A stretch of DNA of 64,000 nucleotides from the human T2T-CHM13v2.0 reference genome, Homo sapiens (GCF_009914755.1 NC_060947.1), one strand, 5' to 3'; shown: positions 27,450-42,906, counted from the stretch's first letter. Notes: a model not told the origin generated them from the letters alone. Numbers and translations are program-made.

Positions 27450-29505
27450 TCCTCTCCTCATATTTGTCCGCATCTTTGTTAAATTCCATGAACCATCTTT
27501 TCAGTTAATGCCTTGGACTCCTCAATTCCTGACTCTCAACCCTTCTTTACTCATGGAGCATCACCTGTGGCTGGTTCAATCTACCTCCTACCTCCTCTGA
27601 ACCTGAGCAGACAGGACATGGCTGGAAAAAAACCCTCCAACCATACAGCCTAGGTTCAATGCATGCTCTACTGCCTCTCACATCAAACACTCTCAATCCA
27701 TCTCCTAGTTAACTCTTCTACACTTTCTCCTCCGTCTCCAGCTCCTCCACAACGTCCCATCTGTTAACCTGAGTAAGTCCCAGCAGTGAGAGAAAAACTT
27801 GCCCCCACCTCCAACTAGCCCAAACTGCAGCATCTCAACCAGGATTCCTGGTCCTGCCTTGTTCCTGGGCATGAAACAAATGGCCTATACTTCTCTACAA
27901 GCTACTCAAGTTACTCATCCTTGTGTTACTGCACTCATCAGCAGCATTTAGCACAGCTGATCCTTTTTCCTGAAAGTCTATTCACAGCCCCCTCAATCCC
28001 CAGCCACTGTTGTGCCCCTTGAAGTATCTCCCAGAGAATAGAAAAATGCTTTGGACAATCGCATATGAGTGGATGTGCAATGCCACATCTGAGCAGAAGC
28101 TGAAAGAACTGTTGTACATGAACACCATTTCCTCAGTTCAGGCATGGCCTCCAGCCTGGATTCTGGAATAAAGACTTGGAAGAGAAGTGGGGCTGATGAT
28201 AGTCCATCAGTGAGGTGCAACATAAGAGAAAAAAAAAATGAAGCTTTCATATTGTAAGTCATTAAAATTTGGGTTTTGGGTGGATGTAATTCTTCCCCCA
28301 GTCTCTCTCTCTCTCCTTCTATCTATATCTTCCACTTTCTCCCTCTCTCTCTCTCTTTCTCATACAAGTGCACACATGCACGCTGCTTCTTTCCTCTTCC
28401 TCACTGTCTTCTCTCTCTCCTCCTCTTCATCCTTCTTTTTCTTCTAGTACACTTACTTCTCCTCTCTATCTACATTCATTGTGTTGGAAATGCGATTCAG
28501 TCTCACAACTGTAAATATCATCTACATGCTCATGTCTCCTGACCTTGTATCTCCAGCGTAGACCTCTCTCTTCATGTCCACACTACTGTACCCAGCTGTC
28601 TCTAAGACATCTATCTCTCCTTGGTTGTTCTTAACTTAAACAAAAGCAGTCTCCTAATTCCCTCACCCTAAAGTGCTCCTCTCACAATCTCCCTGTTGTC
28701 AGCACATGGCAACGCAATTCTTCCAGTTACGGCGGCCAAAGGAATTGGGGTTGGCCATAAGTTGTCTCTTTCTCATTCATTCTGCATTCTAGGAATAATC
28801 GATTTGTTGGATCTTCCTTTAAAATATTCCCAGAATCTGGCCATGGCTTATCTATCAGCTCTCTGGTGAAGCCAGCATCCTCCCTTGAGCGTATTATTGC
28901 AAAGGCCACCTAAGTATCTCCCTAAATATACCCACAGATCCTTAGAGCTCATTCTCCAACCAGAACTCAGGGTGATCTGATAAAAATGTAAATCAAGGCT
29001 CTCATTTTCATGCTCAAAATTACATTGTGGGTTCCAATATTCATCACGGAAAAGCTAAAGCCCTCTCAACGGCCTACTGTCCAGCACCTCTCTATTCTTA
29101 TACCCCCACTTCACCCTCATTTTGTCAACTCTAGCCCAACTGGTCTTCTCCATATTCCTTGGACGCATCAAGGATTCTACAACTCCAGGGTCTTTGCACA
29201 TGCTATTCCATCCTCATAGGAAACTCTTCTCTTACTTGCTTCAGATATCAGTATGACCACAGCAATAAAAATAATAACTGTGTGGGTCCATTCCTATTAT
29301 TCCTTATCTACTTTATTCTGAATTATTTTTCTTCGTAGCAGGAATCACGATCTGAAATACTCCAAAATAACTTCCTTATTCACTTAAATTCCATAAAGAA
29401 ACACTGTCCACTGTGGTCTACTATTTCACTACAATTATCAGCACCTAGAAAAGTGCCCAGATCATAGTAGGTCCTCAATGGGTATTTGTTGAATGAATGA
29501 TTGAA
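27450..29505 (+). mobile_element. L2 (L2a-type) long fragmented element
   Basis: tcagcagcatttagcacagctgatc; tctcacaactgtaaatatcatctacatgctcatg; canonical 3' end cacctagaaaagtgcccagatcatagtaggtcctcaatgggtatttgttgaatgaatga. Confidence 0.75.
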
Positions 29506-30311
29506 TGCCTATGTTGGGCAATCAAGGAGTTCACAGATATGAGCTTGGAGAAAATAGGAATCACTATCCTATCTAGTCTTTAGTTGGATAATTAAACAGA
29601 TATTTTATGAGTTGATAACAGCAACAGAAATAAATTTCTGAAGTGCTCAATAATACAAACTGGTAAATACTAAACTTTTGAGTATGTGATCCCAAATTCT
29701 TAATGCAAAAAGCTCAAAATAACCACATGAAAAAAATCACAAATACTAGAAAGATTCTGAGGAAAAGAAAGTAACAATGATCATAAGGTTGACCATCTAT
29801 GAGTGGGTAATAACGTTGGAAAAGAAACAGACAACAGCCTGGGGGTTGGAGACACAATAGGGAGCGGTGGGGAGTGTGACTATGGCAAAGTGAGTGCTGT
29901 GTCTAAAGGGAACAGCCACACCTCATCCACAGTCACATATAGGCCCCATGTTCCCAAATCTTTTCAATATTCAAAAGATGGTGTGAATGTAAGTTTTCAT
30001 GTAAAAATTTACAACTTTTAAAGATGTCCAGAATTCTTACTTTTGTATACTTTACAGAGCGAGAAAATATACCTATGGGTTTGAAATGGCCCATCAGTCA
30101 TGAAGACGTGATCTTTGTATTATGGAATTAAGGTACCATTATATTTATATTACTATTGACAGTGCCACCATATTTATTATGATGACTAACACTCCAAAAA
30201 ATAGCTCCAAATGTAGATTAGATAAATTAATTAACCTACTGAAAAAAATATGCATTGCATCTTGTCACTGATTCAGAAAATTGCTACGTAATCACAGCTA
30301 CACAAAACAGA

Positions 30312-30429
30312 GGCAGGTGTGGTGGAGTGTGCCTGTAATCCCAGCTACTAAGAAGGCTGAGGTGGGAGGATCACTGAAGCCCGAAGCTGCAATGAGCCAT
30401 GATTGCACCACTGCGCTCAGCCTGGGCAA
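30312..30429 (+). mobile_element. Alu monomer fragment
   Basis: gcctgtaatcccagctactaagaaggctgaggtgggaggatcact...cagcctgggcaa. Confidence 0.8.
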
Positions 30430-30739
30430 TTCTGATTTTTATAGCAAGCCCCTGCCGCAACACATATGTATACAAAACAGAGGCAAGAATCAAGACCTAT
30501 AATGAAGAGGGACATCATAAAAAATGGCCCATCGACAAAATGATGACTACCCCCATACGAACACTGTTTTGATCATCATCATACACCCAGCACCTAGCCT
30601 GATGCCTGGCACTTATTTGGAACTAAAGAAAAATTTCTTTGTTGAATTAAAGAACTGTAGAACAGTACTGGGAGTGGCAGAGCTCCTTGGTAGCTCAGGC
30701 AGCTCATTATGATAAATGAAATTAGTAACTGCTACCATG

Positions 30740-30940
30740 AATTAAAGATCTCGCATGAGTCAGGCATTGTGCTAGGGATTTACATAAATTATCTCAGTAA
30801 TCCTCACAACAGCCCCGTTGAGGTAGGTGTTATTCTTAGTCCCTGTCTGCCCATCATATAACTGCAGTGTTCAGAAAGTAAGGAACCTGCTGAATGTCAA
30901 TGCTTACAAGAGCAAGAACCTGTATTCAAACTGGCTTCCT
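30740..30940 (-). mobile_element. MIR
   Basis: caggcattgtgctagggatttacataaattatctcagtaatcctcacaacagccccgttgaggtaggt. Confidence 0.75.
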
Positions 30941-31404
30941 CACTGCCTTGTCCCTAGAGAGAAAACTATACTGGTTTCTTTATTCTATGTCCAGTAGAAC
31001 TCTGTTGAGCTTGTTAATCAGATTGTGTAGCATAGATCACATTCTGAAGGGAAAACAGAGGTAGGCACTAGTGTGAAAGCAGGTTGCCCAGGGAGAAGAA
31101 AGGAGAGGTATAAAAAGCGTGAACAAGAATAAAAAATCCACAGGTGTTTGATTTCATTTAACACAGCCTCAAGAAACTTTAGAGAGTAGAACTGACCCTG
31201 CAGGCATCTTCTATGCTAAATAACATCTACCATGACAGCACTTAGTCAACAAGTCAAGGTGCTGTATCCTTTGTTACCTCTGTTTGAAGAAGCATGAATG
31301 TGTTTTTAAATGATTCACAATGAGCTTCGTCCAAAATCATTAAATTAGGAGGGAATTCTGCTTAAGGGCTAAGGCCTCTAAAAAATATCTAATTTAAATT
31401 TAAA

Positions 31405-31420
31405 ATACACACATATATAT

Positions 31421-31458
<38 letters not shown>
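31405..31458 (+). repeat. (CA)n/(TA)n microsatellite
   Basis: Directly visible. Confidence 0.9.
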
Positions 31459-32482
31459 CGCCTCAATGGCAGAAGAAATCTTATGGTACATCAAAACCTA
31501 CGTTTGAAAACATAATATTCTAGAATATACAAAATTATCTCTGTTTGAATTACCCTATGACTAACATCCACTGCATTGTTGTGTCTGACAAAAAAAAGCG
31601 TTCTAGGTTCAACTCAGGTCTTTGTAATTGTCATTATGACATGGAAGGAGGGATATGTTGAAACCAATAGGAAGCCAAAAATAAAAACACACCCTATCAT
31701 GCAACAGACATGTCAGGCTCTCATGCAATGAAAACTGTTGGCAATTAAAAAATCCCAGGCTGTTGTGGGTCTGTTTGCCCATGGAGATGCAGGAAGATGC
31801 TGAGAGAGAATATTCTTGCAGCCAGAAGTAATTCCTTTGTGTGTGTGTCTGTGTGTTTTCAGACATCTGGCAAATGCCTCCTTTATTCTTACGGGAAGAG
31901 TGATGCTTCACAACTACTCCAGTCACAGAATTTTCCATGCCATCTTTTGAACAAGCTACCCAAATTCTGTTCTCTATTCCTTTAATCAAAGTATTTACCT
32001 ACTTTGAAGTCGCCATACAAAATGGGAAATTCCTGGACAGACAGATGGCAGTGGAGTCCTCTGAGACTCAGGTGCATTTCACAGGACAGTCAGGGGAGAT
32101 AGAGCTTTCCACCTAGGTATTGCTCTTCGCTCCTCACTGTCTGGGCGGATCAATGCTTTTCTCATCTTCGTTATTCCGAATGAAGAAGGTCACAGTGCAA
32201 AGCTAGGAAAGCCACATTCCAAGGATTTCTGGTAAAGCAGTGGAATTTTATGGCAATGAAAAGAATCAGGCTGGCGAAATCTCTCAGAATTCCTTCTCCT
32301 TCCCTAAGTGTTGAGTATTTATAACTGCACACGACAGTTTTCAGATAAGAGCCAGCCAGTGGATGGAAGTGATAGGGAGGGAGGAAAGAATATAAAGTTC
32401 TTGGTTTAGAAATTAGAACTCGAGTTCCAAGGGCTCTTCACAGAGGGACCCTCTTTTCCCTCCAATTTACCCAGAGGCATGA

Positions 32483-32802
<320 letters not shown>

Positions 32803-34669
32803 AGAGAGGTGGGCTTTTGATTGCCCATTGGACACTTGGTACCTTCCAAGACCTCTACCGGCCTCAAGAAAATAAAAGAACTCCCAAGAAATTTTTAAGA
32901 GCCAGTCAAAAAGCAAAGCACTTAAAAGAAAAGGAACATCCTATTTAAAAAATAATAATAATAAAATGACCCAAGTAAACAAACTGGGATTCAAAAGAAG
33001 CAGATCCCTCCAATGGACAGAGAGACAATGATAGCGATATAAAGTTGGAACAAAGGGTTTCAAAGGAAGTCACACGAGATACCAGGGAGAAGAAATGAAA
33101 TTGTTGAACTGGAGAGCACAAAGAACAGACTGAAATGGAAGGATACCCACAAACAATGCACATAGGAGCCAAAAGACAGAGATACATTTTCCCAAAATGG
33201 ATCTGGGATGAAAAATGGTGGAAAAACATCCTCCAAATGCTAAAGTATGGAAGATGGAAATAGAAGTGTTACCAGTCCTATAAAAAAAAATGACCCAGAA
33301 AGAGAACAAAGAGAAAAAGACTAGGAAGAACTACATTAGACAGAAAGGCTGAGAATTTCCCAGAATGAAAGAAAAAAAAAGGCTTAAAAGTGAAAGTACT
33401 CACAAAGTAAATAATACGTTGATTTAAAACAGAACAAAGCAAAAACAAATTCCAATTTTTGAGTACCTCAAATGTAAACAAAATATGTCTAATTTTTCCA
33501 AGGAGAAAAAGCAGGCGATGTGCAAAGGAATGAAAACCAGGCTAATTGCAAAGCAACGTAGGATACAAAATGCAGTGGCTTCTCACCCCCAGCAAGTACA
33601 AGGGAAAGAAAATCAGCCTGGATTTTATGTCCAGTGAAACTGTCATTTAAATGATAGCTTAAATCCAAATCCACTTACATCACAGAAATCTTGACACAAT
33701 ATATTTCTGCAAGGAGAGGAACCCAGAACACAGCAACATAATACAGGTAACGACAAAAAATTATTCCGAAGAAACAATGATCTAAAATCAAATTTTTAAC
33801 ATGATCTAGAGCCCAGATTCTCTTAGAATCTAACACAGTGTGGGGTGATTGAGAGAGAGAGATGCCGAAGAGTAGAGAAAATGCTAAATCAATATCTTGT
33901 TTTGAGGAAAATTATGGATACTGAAATGTTTGATAGCTAATAAGACTAGATACATCTTCATTAAAATATAAGTGCAGCATAAAATGGGAAGAGGGAAATT
34001 TGATGAATCCCAACTATAAGGAAAAAAAAACAGAAGAAAGAAAAATATAATAATAAGGTCAGTAAAAGAAACTTTTAAAATTATATAATGGAAGTCAGGT
34101 AAAGCAAAAAAAAAAAAAGGTAAAATTTAAAAAGCATGATTGATAAATATAAAATATAAAATAAAATGTCAGAAGTGAAATCTATAATAATGATAACTGC
34201 AGAAATAAAATTAGAATAAAGATAAAATATTGATTAAAATACTTTTAGCAACATATTGTTGAAAAGATATATTTAAAATAAATGGATACATAAACTTGAA
34301 AATGAAGACACTAAAAATTTTAAATATAAAACAAAATATAAATGAAAAAATATCACAGGAAGCAAATTTAGTATCAAACAAAAATTGTAAATGTCAAAAA
34401 TGGATAATAAATACTAGAAAAGGAATGGAAGATTAAAAAGGTGTAACTGACACTTTCATGTAACATCCTAATAATACAGCTTCAAAACATGTAAAAGGTA
34501 TATAAGTACATTTTATATATACATACTACATATATATAACATAGTATATCCATATACATTAAATATATAAGATAAAGGACAGATAAGAAAAGATAAAATG
34601 TTACAGTAGAATAAAACACAACATTCTTGGAGTGATAAACTTAGGAAATAAAATGTAATTGAGGATATA

Positions 34670-35161
<492 letters not shown>

Positions 35162-35679
35162 TCATAAAGAGTACTTTAAAGAAACAGCAGCATTCAGCAC
35201 TATATTCTATCGGTCAACAGAATTAGAAATCAATAGTAAAAAGCATTCAAAATAATGATAGAACACTAAACATATACACACACACATCTATGTGTGTATG
35301 TATATGTGTGCATGTGCCTTTATGCTACCGTATAAACACAAAACAGTCAGAGTCCAGTGATAGTTCAAATGTCACATGTGAAAATTTGTCAGATGGGACT
35401 GAAGAAGTGCTTAAAAGGGATAATTAAAACTTCAAATATCTTTACAAGGTAACAAGAAGAATTGGAAATAAACGAGCCATGGAGGCAAGTCAAGAAACAG
35501 GAAGAAGAGAAAACAGAATAAATCCAAATAAATCTGAAAATAGGAAATGATCAAGGTAAGAGCAGAAATTAGCGAAACAGAGAAAAAACAGTTGAGCTAA
35601 TTACCAAAATGAAAGCTAGTTTATCGAAAAGCTTAATAATATAAACAAACTTCTGGCAAGACTGACCAAGGAAGAGTAA

Positions 35680-35780
35680 CATATACAACAAATAATGAAA
35701 CAAATAATATACAACAATATACAACAAATAATATAAACAATATACAACAAATAATATACAACAAATAATGAGAACAAATA
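35680..35780 (+). repeat. Degenerate tandem repeat of an approximately 14-bp unit (atatacaacaaata)
   Basis: atatacaacaaataat occurs several times in this stretch. Confidence 0.75.
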
Positions 35781-37299
35781 GTCTTTAAAGAGGAAAATCA
35801 TTTTTAAAATAACAAATAAACAAAGTTATAAAAAATACAAAATACTATTTTAATAGTATAAGCCCTGGTATTAAAAAAAGAAATTGAAATATTTGAGGAA
35901 AAAAACAAACAAAGCAACTTTACGCAAAGAAATGAATAAACTAAAAGCTATAAGTAGTAATCAAAGAATCACTAAAAATCTCCCACATAAAAACTCACCA
36001 CCCAAGATAATTTTCACAAAAATTTTAGTAATTCTACTTATTTAAGTTTTCTTCAGAAAATATACAATTAAAGAAAGCTACCCAAATCCTTTTGTATGGA
36101 CAGTTTAACATTCATATCAAAAGTATAGAGTGTATAACATCAGAAAATTATAAATCAAATTCATTTATGAAGGTAGATGTAGACAACCTAAGTGGAATAT
36201 TTACAAACCAAACTTAGTAGAATAGTAGCTATTTTTCATATACAATATATTCCACTATAATAGAATAATGGCCATTTTAAAAATGTTTCTTAATTTAAGA
36301 TTAAAAATGTGTTATTCCCGAAATTAAATATATATTTAAAAATATATTAATTTTCAGAGCACATTAATTATAAGAGAAGAATCATATAACCAGCTGTAGA
36401 AATGCCAGTTGATTATTTGGTCATAATCAACATTTATGAACAAAAGAAAACATTTTTAAAAACTTAGAAAAAACTGGGAATTGCAAGTAATTCATATTAT
36501 CTGATAATGACTGCATGCTTTAAAATCTCTCCTCAACGCTGCATTTACAAAAAAGATGTTAGACTCATTTCCTGTAAAATCATGAATGGGAACAAAAGTT
36601 TGTACCAACAGTATTCATCCTCGCACTGGACGTCAGTGGGCCATACAATGGTACAAGTTATAAAGGAAATGAAAATTACAAGTATTGAAAGGAAAGAGAG
36701 AAAATGGTCATTATTTGTACGTAATGTCACCATTTTTATGGAAACCATGTAATTTAACAGAAAAGCTACTAGAAATAATAGGGAATCAAAAAAGATGGCT
36801 GAACATATAATCAATGTATAAAAAAGATCGACATTCTTTTATACCAGGAGTAGAAAATGTAATTGAAGATATCATTTGCAAAATAATAATAATAATCAAT
36901 TAACACATAATGCTCAAAGTCTTTAATAAAGCTATGATTAGATCTCAACAAGTAATGAACTATGCCAGTTTACAAATGAGATAACATGAGCTTGGAAGAT
37001 GTTTATTTTTCCTCAAACCAACATTTCAATAAATACAATTCCCAGCAAAGACAGAAGAATGTTGCAGATTTTGATACATTGATTCCATATTGTATATGAA
37101 AGAATAAATTCTACAAAAAGCAACGAGAATGTTGAAGATGAAAAATATATGGGCATTTGTACTATTTGAGTCATACTTTAATCTTGCAGGAATGGATCAG
37201 GAAATCAACAAGACCAAATATAAAGCCCTTGGATTGGCTGATGTATATATGATGAATTTTAAAAGCTTGTACTATTTTGTGGGGGGAGGAGTCTGTCCC

Positions 37300-37600
37300 C
37301 TTCAAGATTAACTTTTCCTCATCTCCACTCCTCTCTGGTGTGGAAGGTAAATAAACAGGTTCACTCTTGCCTTCTGGCTGCTCCTGGGTTTCAGCCAAGG
37401 AAGACACTAGCAGGTAATCCGGAGGGCAGAAGGCGAGTAAGGCCTGTATATATGACCTCCAGTTCCCTCCCTGGTAGGTAGGTCCAGTTCAACCTCAGCG
37501 GGCATCAGCAACTTCACATAAGGACTCCACTATCCTGTCCCCATCTTAATTACATTTCTCAAGTTGCATGCCATTTATCCCTATCAAGGTCCTGGCTGAC
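37300..37600. mobile_element. Probable old ERVL-class LTR fragment (LTR33-like)
   Basis: ctcttgccttctggctgctcctgggtttcagccaaggaagacactagcagg...ggagggcagaagg; GC-richer block inside the L1. Confidence 0.45.
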
Positions 37601-37630
37601 ACCACAAATCATTGGGAAAGAATACATTGT

Positions 37631-37943
<313 letters not shown>

Positions 37944-38274
37944 TCAAAGCAATGTTCCCCTATTGGGGAAAAAAATAACATGAGATTCCCACCTCATTTC
38001 ATATATAAAAATAAACTCTGCATGGATTAAAAACTGTCTGTATGAACAATGAAATTCTGATACTTATAGGAAAATGTTTTTGTGATGTTGGGGTAGAACA
38101 GGATTTCTTTAACAGGCACTACGTAGGAGAAACTGTTAGAAAGAAAAATATGTTGATGGCATTTTGCTACATTAAAACTAATGGTTTTGTTTCAATCAAA
38201 ACCAGGAATGATGGGTGGGTGCCAGTGGGAGAAGATATTTACAACATGTAAAACTCAAAATGGTTGAGTTTGCT

Positions 38275-38416
38275 TTAATTTTTTAGAGATGGGAGTTTTG
38301 CTATGTTGCCCAGGCTGGTCTTGAACTCCTGACCTCAAGAGATCCTCTGTCTCAGCCTCTTGGGTAGCAAGAGGCTACCACAAGGTGCAACACAGGTTGC
38401 ACCACTGTGTCTGGCT
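38275..38416 (-). mobile_element. FLAM/Alu left monomer
   Basis: tagagatggg...gctatgttgcccaggctggtcttgaactcctgacctcaag...caccactgtgtctggc. Confidence 0.8.
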
Positions 38417-38864
38417 TATGGTTGACTGTTTAAACCAGAGCATTCTCCCCTGTGTGCCCGTGTGTCTTCAATGGGTCATTAGGGAGTTGAAACATGGGGC
38501 CCTACGAAGGCTGGGACAGACTGAGGCACACACCCCTGGCAACATCTTTTTACACCACTGTAAATAGTCTCAGCAGAGAATGCGCCAAGCTATCATTATC
38601 TTCTATTTTACATAATATGCAACAAAACTGAGATGCAATAGAGTAAATAATACAAGGGAGCCCACAAGAAAATGACAGTCCACTCTAGTAAAAAACGATA
38701 TGATGAAAATGTTTGTATATAATACACTCTGAATATTCCTCCATATCACTAAATATTATCCTGTAATGCCATTTTAACAGCTGGTATTCAATGCTTGTAT
38801 TGTATCTCTAATTATGTAATGGATTCTACATTGTTAAAAATTTTGGTTACTTAATGGAGGAATA

Positions 38865-39122
38865 GAAAACAAAACAAAATATCACATGTTCTCGCTTATA
38901 AGTGGGGGCTAAACACTGAGTACACATGGACATAAATATGGGAACACTCCACACTAGGGACTACTAGAAGGGGAGGAAGACAGGGGGATGTGGGTTGAAA
39001 AACTACCTGTTGGGTACCATGTTCGCTACCTGGGTAATGGGATCTATACCCCAAACTTCAGCATCACACAGTATTCCCATGTAGCAAACCTGCAAATCCG
39101 TGTCTAAAATGAAAGTTGAATA
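38865..39122 (+). mobile_element. L1 3' end (L1PA/PB-type)
   Basis: cacatgttctcgcttataagtgggggctaaacactgagtacacatggaca...ccccaaacttcagcatcacacag. Confidence 0.85.
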
Positions 39123-40180
39123 TTTTTTAATTTTTTTTTGCTATCATAAAACATGTAACAATGAACAACTATATATATATGCATTCTTCTGCACTTTCCC
39201 AGTTACATCCTATGGATAAAATTCCTTGAAGTGCAATGCATTCCCAGCTCATATTTCAGGCATTTATTTAATACTACACTACCCACTGCTGTGTGGTCTC
39301 CTGAAAAGATGTGTGACAATCTGTGTATCCTCCTGTGCTGCATGAGTGGGCATTTCACCCCATCCACAGCTAATGGGGTGGTAAATAACAGTGACTTTTA
39401 AGAGATGGAAGAGGAAATAATTTATAAAGTACCATGGCTGCAGAGAAAACTGAAATCTTCCTTTCAAAGAGAAAAAAGAAACAACAGGTCGACCATCCAC
39501 ACTGTGATTCACATACATTTGACAGATAATTATTGTCAGCTATACTTTCTGTGTTGCTTTCTTCAGCAGCTTGGAAGACCCAAGTGGAAGACACAACCCT
39601 TGCCAGTCAATAGAGTACTACTAGCCATGCACAGAGAAGGTCAGCAAGTCACCCCATGAAACAGAAAAGGGGAAATCAGTGTGTGGACCAGAGAGTACAC
39701 ATTGCAGGCAGGAGGCACCCTTGAGGTGTGAGCTGGCAGAGAAACCATATGAGAAACAAGCTTAGTTAGACCCTTCTATTGATGCTTGATTTTGCCTTGT
39801 ACATATTTCACTAGCTAAAAAGACTAATAGGTATCCAACATAACAGTTTTTGCTCCAAAACATTAAATTCACCAATGTATGATTGCTTTTCAATAAGGGC
39901 TTCATGTATCCTTATTTTTGAAACGTTTCTCCTTTCCATTATGTGACAATAAACAATATGTTTAGGAGTTTCATTTCCGTGGCAAAAAGAATGCTTTGCT
40001 TACTTCATGGGTCTCACAACAGGGCAGGTGGGAATTGAAGAAGCCAAAGCAAAATCATGTACCCATGTGAAAGCCAGACTCCTTTTTTATAGTGAAATGT
40101 TTAAAAAAAAAACTATTTTGGCTTAAATGCACAGTTTTCAATGTATATGCAAACTGTGGGGGAAAGAAAGATACCAAATC

Positions 40181-40486
40181 TTTTTTTTTTTTTTTTCTTT
40201 GAGACACAGCGTCTTGCTCTGTTGCCCAGGCTGGAGTGCAGTGATGTGATTACAGCTCACTGAAGCCTGGCCCTCCTGGGCTCAAGCTATCCTCCCACCT
40301 CAGCCTTCTTAGTAACTGAGACTACAGGTACGTGCCATCACACTCAGCTAACTTTTTAGTCTTTTTTATAGAGGTGGAGGTCTCGCTATGTTGCCCAGGC
40401 TGGTCTCAAACTCCTGGATCAAGTGATTCTCCTTCCTCAGCCTCTCAAAACACTGGGATTACAGGCATCAGCCACGAGGCTTGGCC
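40181..40486 (-). mobile_element. AluJ
   Basis: Dimer; TSD ccaaatcttt. Confidence 0.92.
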
Positions 40487-42191
40487 CCAAATCTTTAAAA
40501 TATTCCCCATGCTCCTTTTCTTTTTTAAAAAATGCCAATCTTGATTGGATTTTCCCTCACTCCTTCATATAACAATGTTATATATTTTACCATTTTGGCA
40601 CTCCACATGAAAGCCTCTGAAACAGAGAAAAGGCCCCAATGTAAATACAGTTACTGTTGTTGTTACTATAAAAAAAGCCATCCATGGAGGTATAAAGCTT
40701 ACCTAAAGCAAACATAATTTTGACACCAACCTTTCCTTTTTAAGACTGTGTGCTTTAACTTTTTCCTACTAAAACTCTGTTGCTAGTAGCATTACTTCTG
40801 TTTCATGCACTCACAATAAATCATAGAAGGCCCACTTTCCTGCCTCTTCTATAAAACTGGCAACAATGATGTTAATTGTGCATGAAAAATATATTAAAAC
40901 TGTAAATCATCTCTATTTTCGAGCAGGATGCAAGAAACAAATGTAAAGTAACAAATCAAGTGCTGTTTCTTTTGCCCATATTTGGCCAGAGGCCATTATT
41001 TTAAAAGCACAAAATTAGAGCCCACTTTCATCAATTAGGCCTTATTCTTTGGCTCTTGAATCTAATCAAGAACATGTAAAAATGTATCCCCAATCCCATG
41101 GTAATGAGCACGGATTAATCCTGTTAATAGTGGTGGAAGGTTCTTTTTATGGTGCATTCTTTAGAGTATTCATATATGTGGACATTTTTGTGCCAACTGT
41201 ATATAAAAAAAACCAAAACATTTCTTTTTGATGCTTTCTTCTCACTATAATTATGGCGTAGTGTTTGTCACTTCCTAATGGCTACAGCAAAATTCTGCTT
41301 TCTATTCCAAGCAATAGTAAATACATGTTTTTCTGCAAAGATGAAAAGACGATCTTTTATTTTTAAATACACCTATGGATACTCTTTTACAGTCTTGCCA
41401 TGCCAATCAATTTCAAAGAATACCACCGATAAATAATATTTTGCAGCCTAACTTAGAAAGCAGAAACAAACATAAACTATATTTACCAAAAGACTATTCA
41501 TGCATTAAAAAAAAAGAAATAATTGGGACAAAGATCTCCTATCTTCCCTGTATATGTTACTCTCCCCTTCTTTAAATGTTCCATGTCTTGATAAATTAGC
41601 ATGGCATGCTAATCATCTGATAAACTAATCCAATGGTCAGCTTGTTCCCTATCTAATCCATTCTCACTTCTTTGGTGACTCTTGGAAATGAGATGGCCAT
41701 ACACTAAATAAATAAGTCTTTGGTGTTCAGAAATTCAGGCAGTGTGCCAAGATAATGTAGGGGCCAATCACCCCTCTGCAGAATAAATCAAATTACACCC
41801 TCTAGATGTCTGCTTAGGCTGAATCAAGCAAGTTAACAAATAACTGGCAGTCTCTGAGTCATTAATCTCAAAAGGCAAATCAGAGCTTGTCACTTTGCTG
41901 CTTAAAAATGTTCCTTCATGGGACTCCAGCTGTCAACATGATAATTCCCAAATAGGATCAATGAGATAATACATGCACACCAACTTCTGTAGCTTTGGAG
42001 CACTTTGGGGATGGTCAAGAACTGTGCATTGTAGGACTTGTCCCTTTTCACTGTCCCATTGGTGCTCCATTGCAATTTGGTGCCAATCTGTCTGCACAAG
42101 CATTTGTTCAATTGCTCCACATTCTTCAGTGTTCCCCAAGCACAACAATTTTCTCAGATTCTCTTCTTCTATAGGCTTCTACAGTCTACCT

Positions 42192-42404
42192 CATGTTTTC
42201 TCTACCTCAGTACTGTTCACATTAGGGGCCAGATCATTCTGAGGTGTGGAGGCTGTCCTATGCACTGTTAAGATGTCTAGTGGCATCCCTTGCCTCCATT
42301 CCCAGTAACACACTCCATACTCACAACAAACAAAAATGTCTTCCCACATTGCCAAATGTACACTGGAAGCAAACCTGTCCCCTCCCCAAAGTTGAGAACC
42401 ACTG
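42192..42404 (-). mobile_element. MER20 (copy 1 of a triplet)
   Basis: ggggccagatcattct...ggctgtcctatgcactg...cattgccaaatg...gttgagaaccactg. Confidence 0.82.
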
Positions 42405-42453
42405 ATATACACTAGGAATTAAAAATTGAGTAAGACAATGCTTTGACTTAGAG

Positions 42454-42636
42454 CAGGGTTTCACAACATCAGCACTGTGGGCATTTGGGGGCTGGATGAT
42501 TATGTTTGTTGTGAGGGCTGTACTGTGCATTGTAGGATGTTTAGCAGCATCCTCTGCCTTCTAGATGTCAGGAGCACACACTGCCCAGATGGGATAATCC
42601 AAAATATCTCCAGACATTGCTGACACCCCCTTGCCA
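42454..42636 (-). mobile_element. MER20 (copy 2 of a triplet)
   Basis: cagggtttcacaacatcagcactg...tgtgcattgtaggatgtttagcagcatcc...aaaatatctccagacattgc. Confidence 0.85.
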
Positions 42637-42689
42637 GCTGAATCTAGAATCAGTAAGTAAAAAACGATTACACATGCACAATACAGAGC

Positions 42690-42906
42690 CAAGTTTCTCA
42701 ATATCAGAACTACTGATATTTTGGACTAGATAATTCTCTGCTGTGTGAGTCGTTCTTCTGCATTTTACCATGTTCAGCAGCATCTCTGGTCACCACCTAC
42801 TCCATGTCAGTAGCACCTCCCCAGCTGTGACAACCAACAATATCTCTAGACATTGTCAAATGTCCCTTACAGTGGGGCCAAAATTGCTCTTAGTTAAGAA
42901 TCTCTG
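42690..42906 (-). mobile_element. MER20 (copy 3 of a triplet)
   Basis: gtttctcaatatcag...gataattctctgctgtg...gtagcacctccccagctgtgacaaccaacaatatctctagacattgtcaaatgtccc. Confidence 0.85.

Noticed and set aside
29900-30110. Possible old hAT (MER103-like) fragment
   Set aside because: Too degenerate to call from memory of the consensus.
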